DNA of 64,000 nt, from contig NW_008246086.1 in NCBI RefSeq assembly GCF_000281045.1, forward strand, positions 112,513 to 176,512, read 5' to 3'. Positions within the stretch are counted from its first letter, which is position 1; each line of letters begins with the position of its first letter. Of this stretch, positions 63,881-64,000 are shown piece after piece. The position numbers were made by a program, and so were the translations under genes. Source of the stretch: Saprolegnia diclina VS20. Lineage: Eukaryota. Below the pieces are notes generated by a model. That model searched no databases. It was not told the DNA's origin and saw only the letters and a list, made by a program, of their open reading frames with translations.

Positions 63881-64000
63881 TTACGGCGTTGCGTGCCAGC
63901 TACACGAGGCACCACCCATGGTCGTGCTCCGGGATCTCGCGACGCAGCTCCACGATCGCACGGAGGGCGCCGAGGTTCTCGACTGGAAGCGACGAAATCC
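63881..64000 (-). pseudogene. 3' part of a diverged paralog of 62055-62384 (runs off the window)
   Basis: ..LPVENLGALRAIVELRREIPEHDHGWCLV*; a 2-nt difference (GTGTAG vs GTGTGTAG) shifts the shared SWHATP tail out of frame. Confidence 0.45.

Overview
Gene-dense eukaryotic window with short (~33-60 nt) GT-AG introns and strong GC3 codon bias. The gene families, intron sizes and INR/FPR and CCAAT promoter motifs suggest an oomycete of the Saprolegniales (Saprolegnia-like); this is an inference. Recognisable genes: membrane-anchored S33 alpha/beta-hydrolase peptidase, ALG12, FHA-coiled-coil protein, CLASP_N(TOG)-coiled-coil protein (assembled here from small exons), VOC/glyoxalase-like protein, interleaved alkaline ceramidases (2 intact, 1 truncated inverted copy) and heme oxygenases (2), CENP-B-type HTH protein, MORN-repeat protein, head-to-head CWC15/CWC22, tandem CDC50 x2, tandem PP2C x2, CDC27 head-to-head with an unannotated ~70-aa gene, EDC4, and a GT71 mannosyltransferase whose 3' end recurs after a 100-N gap. 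Also present: two ~1700-aa internally duplicated multi-pass membrane proteins of unknown function, and a complete 1049-bp non-autonomous hAT element with TIRs and a perfect 8-bp TSD. No rRNA, tRNA or CRISPR array was seen. Exon structures were read by eye and need RNA-seq confirmation.
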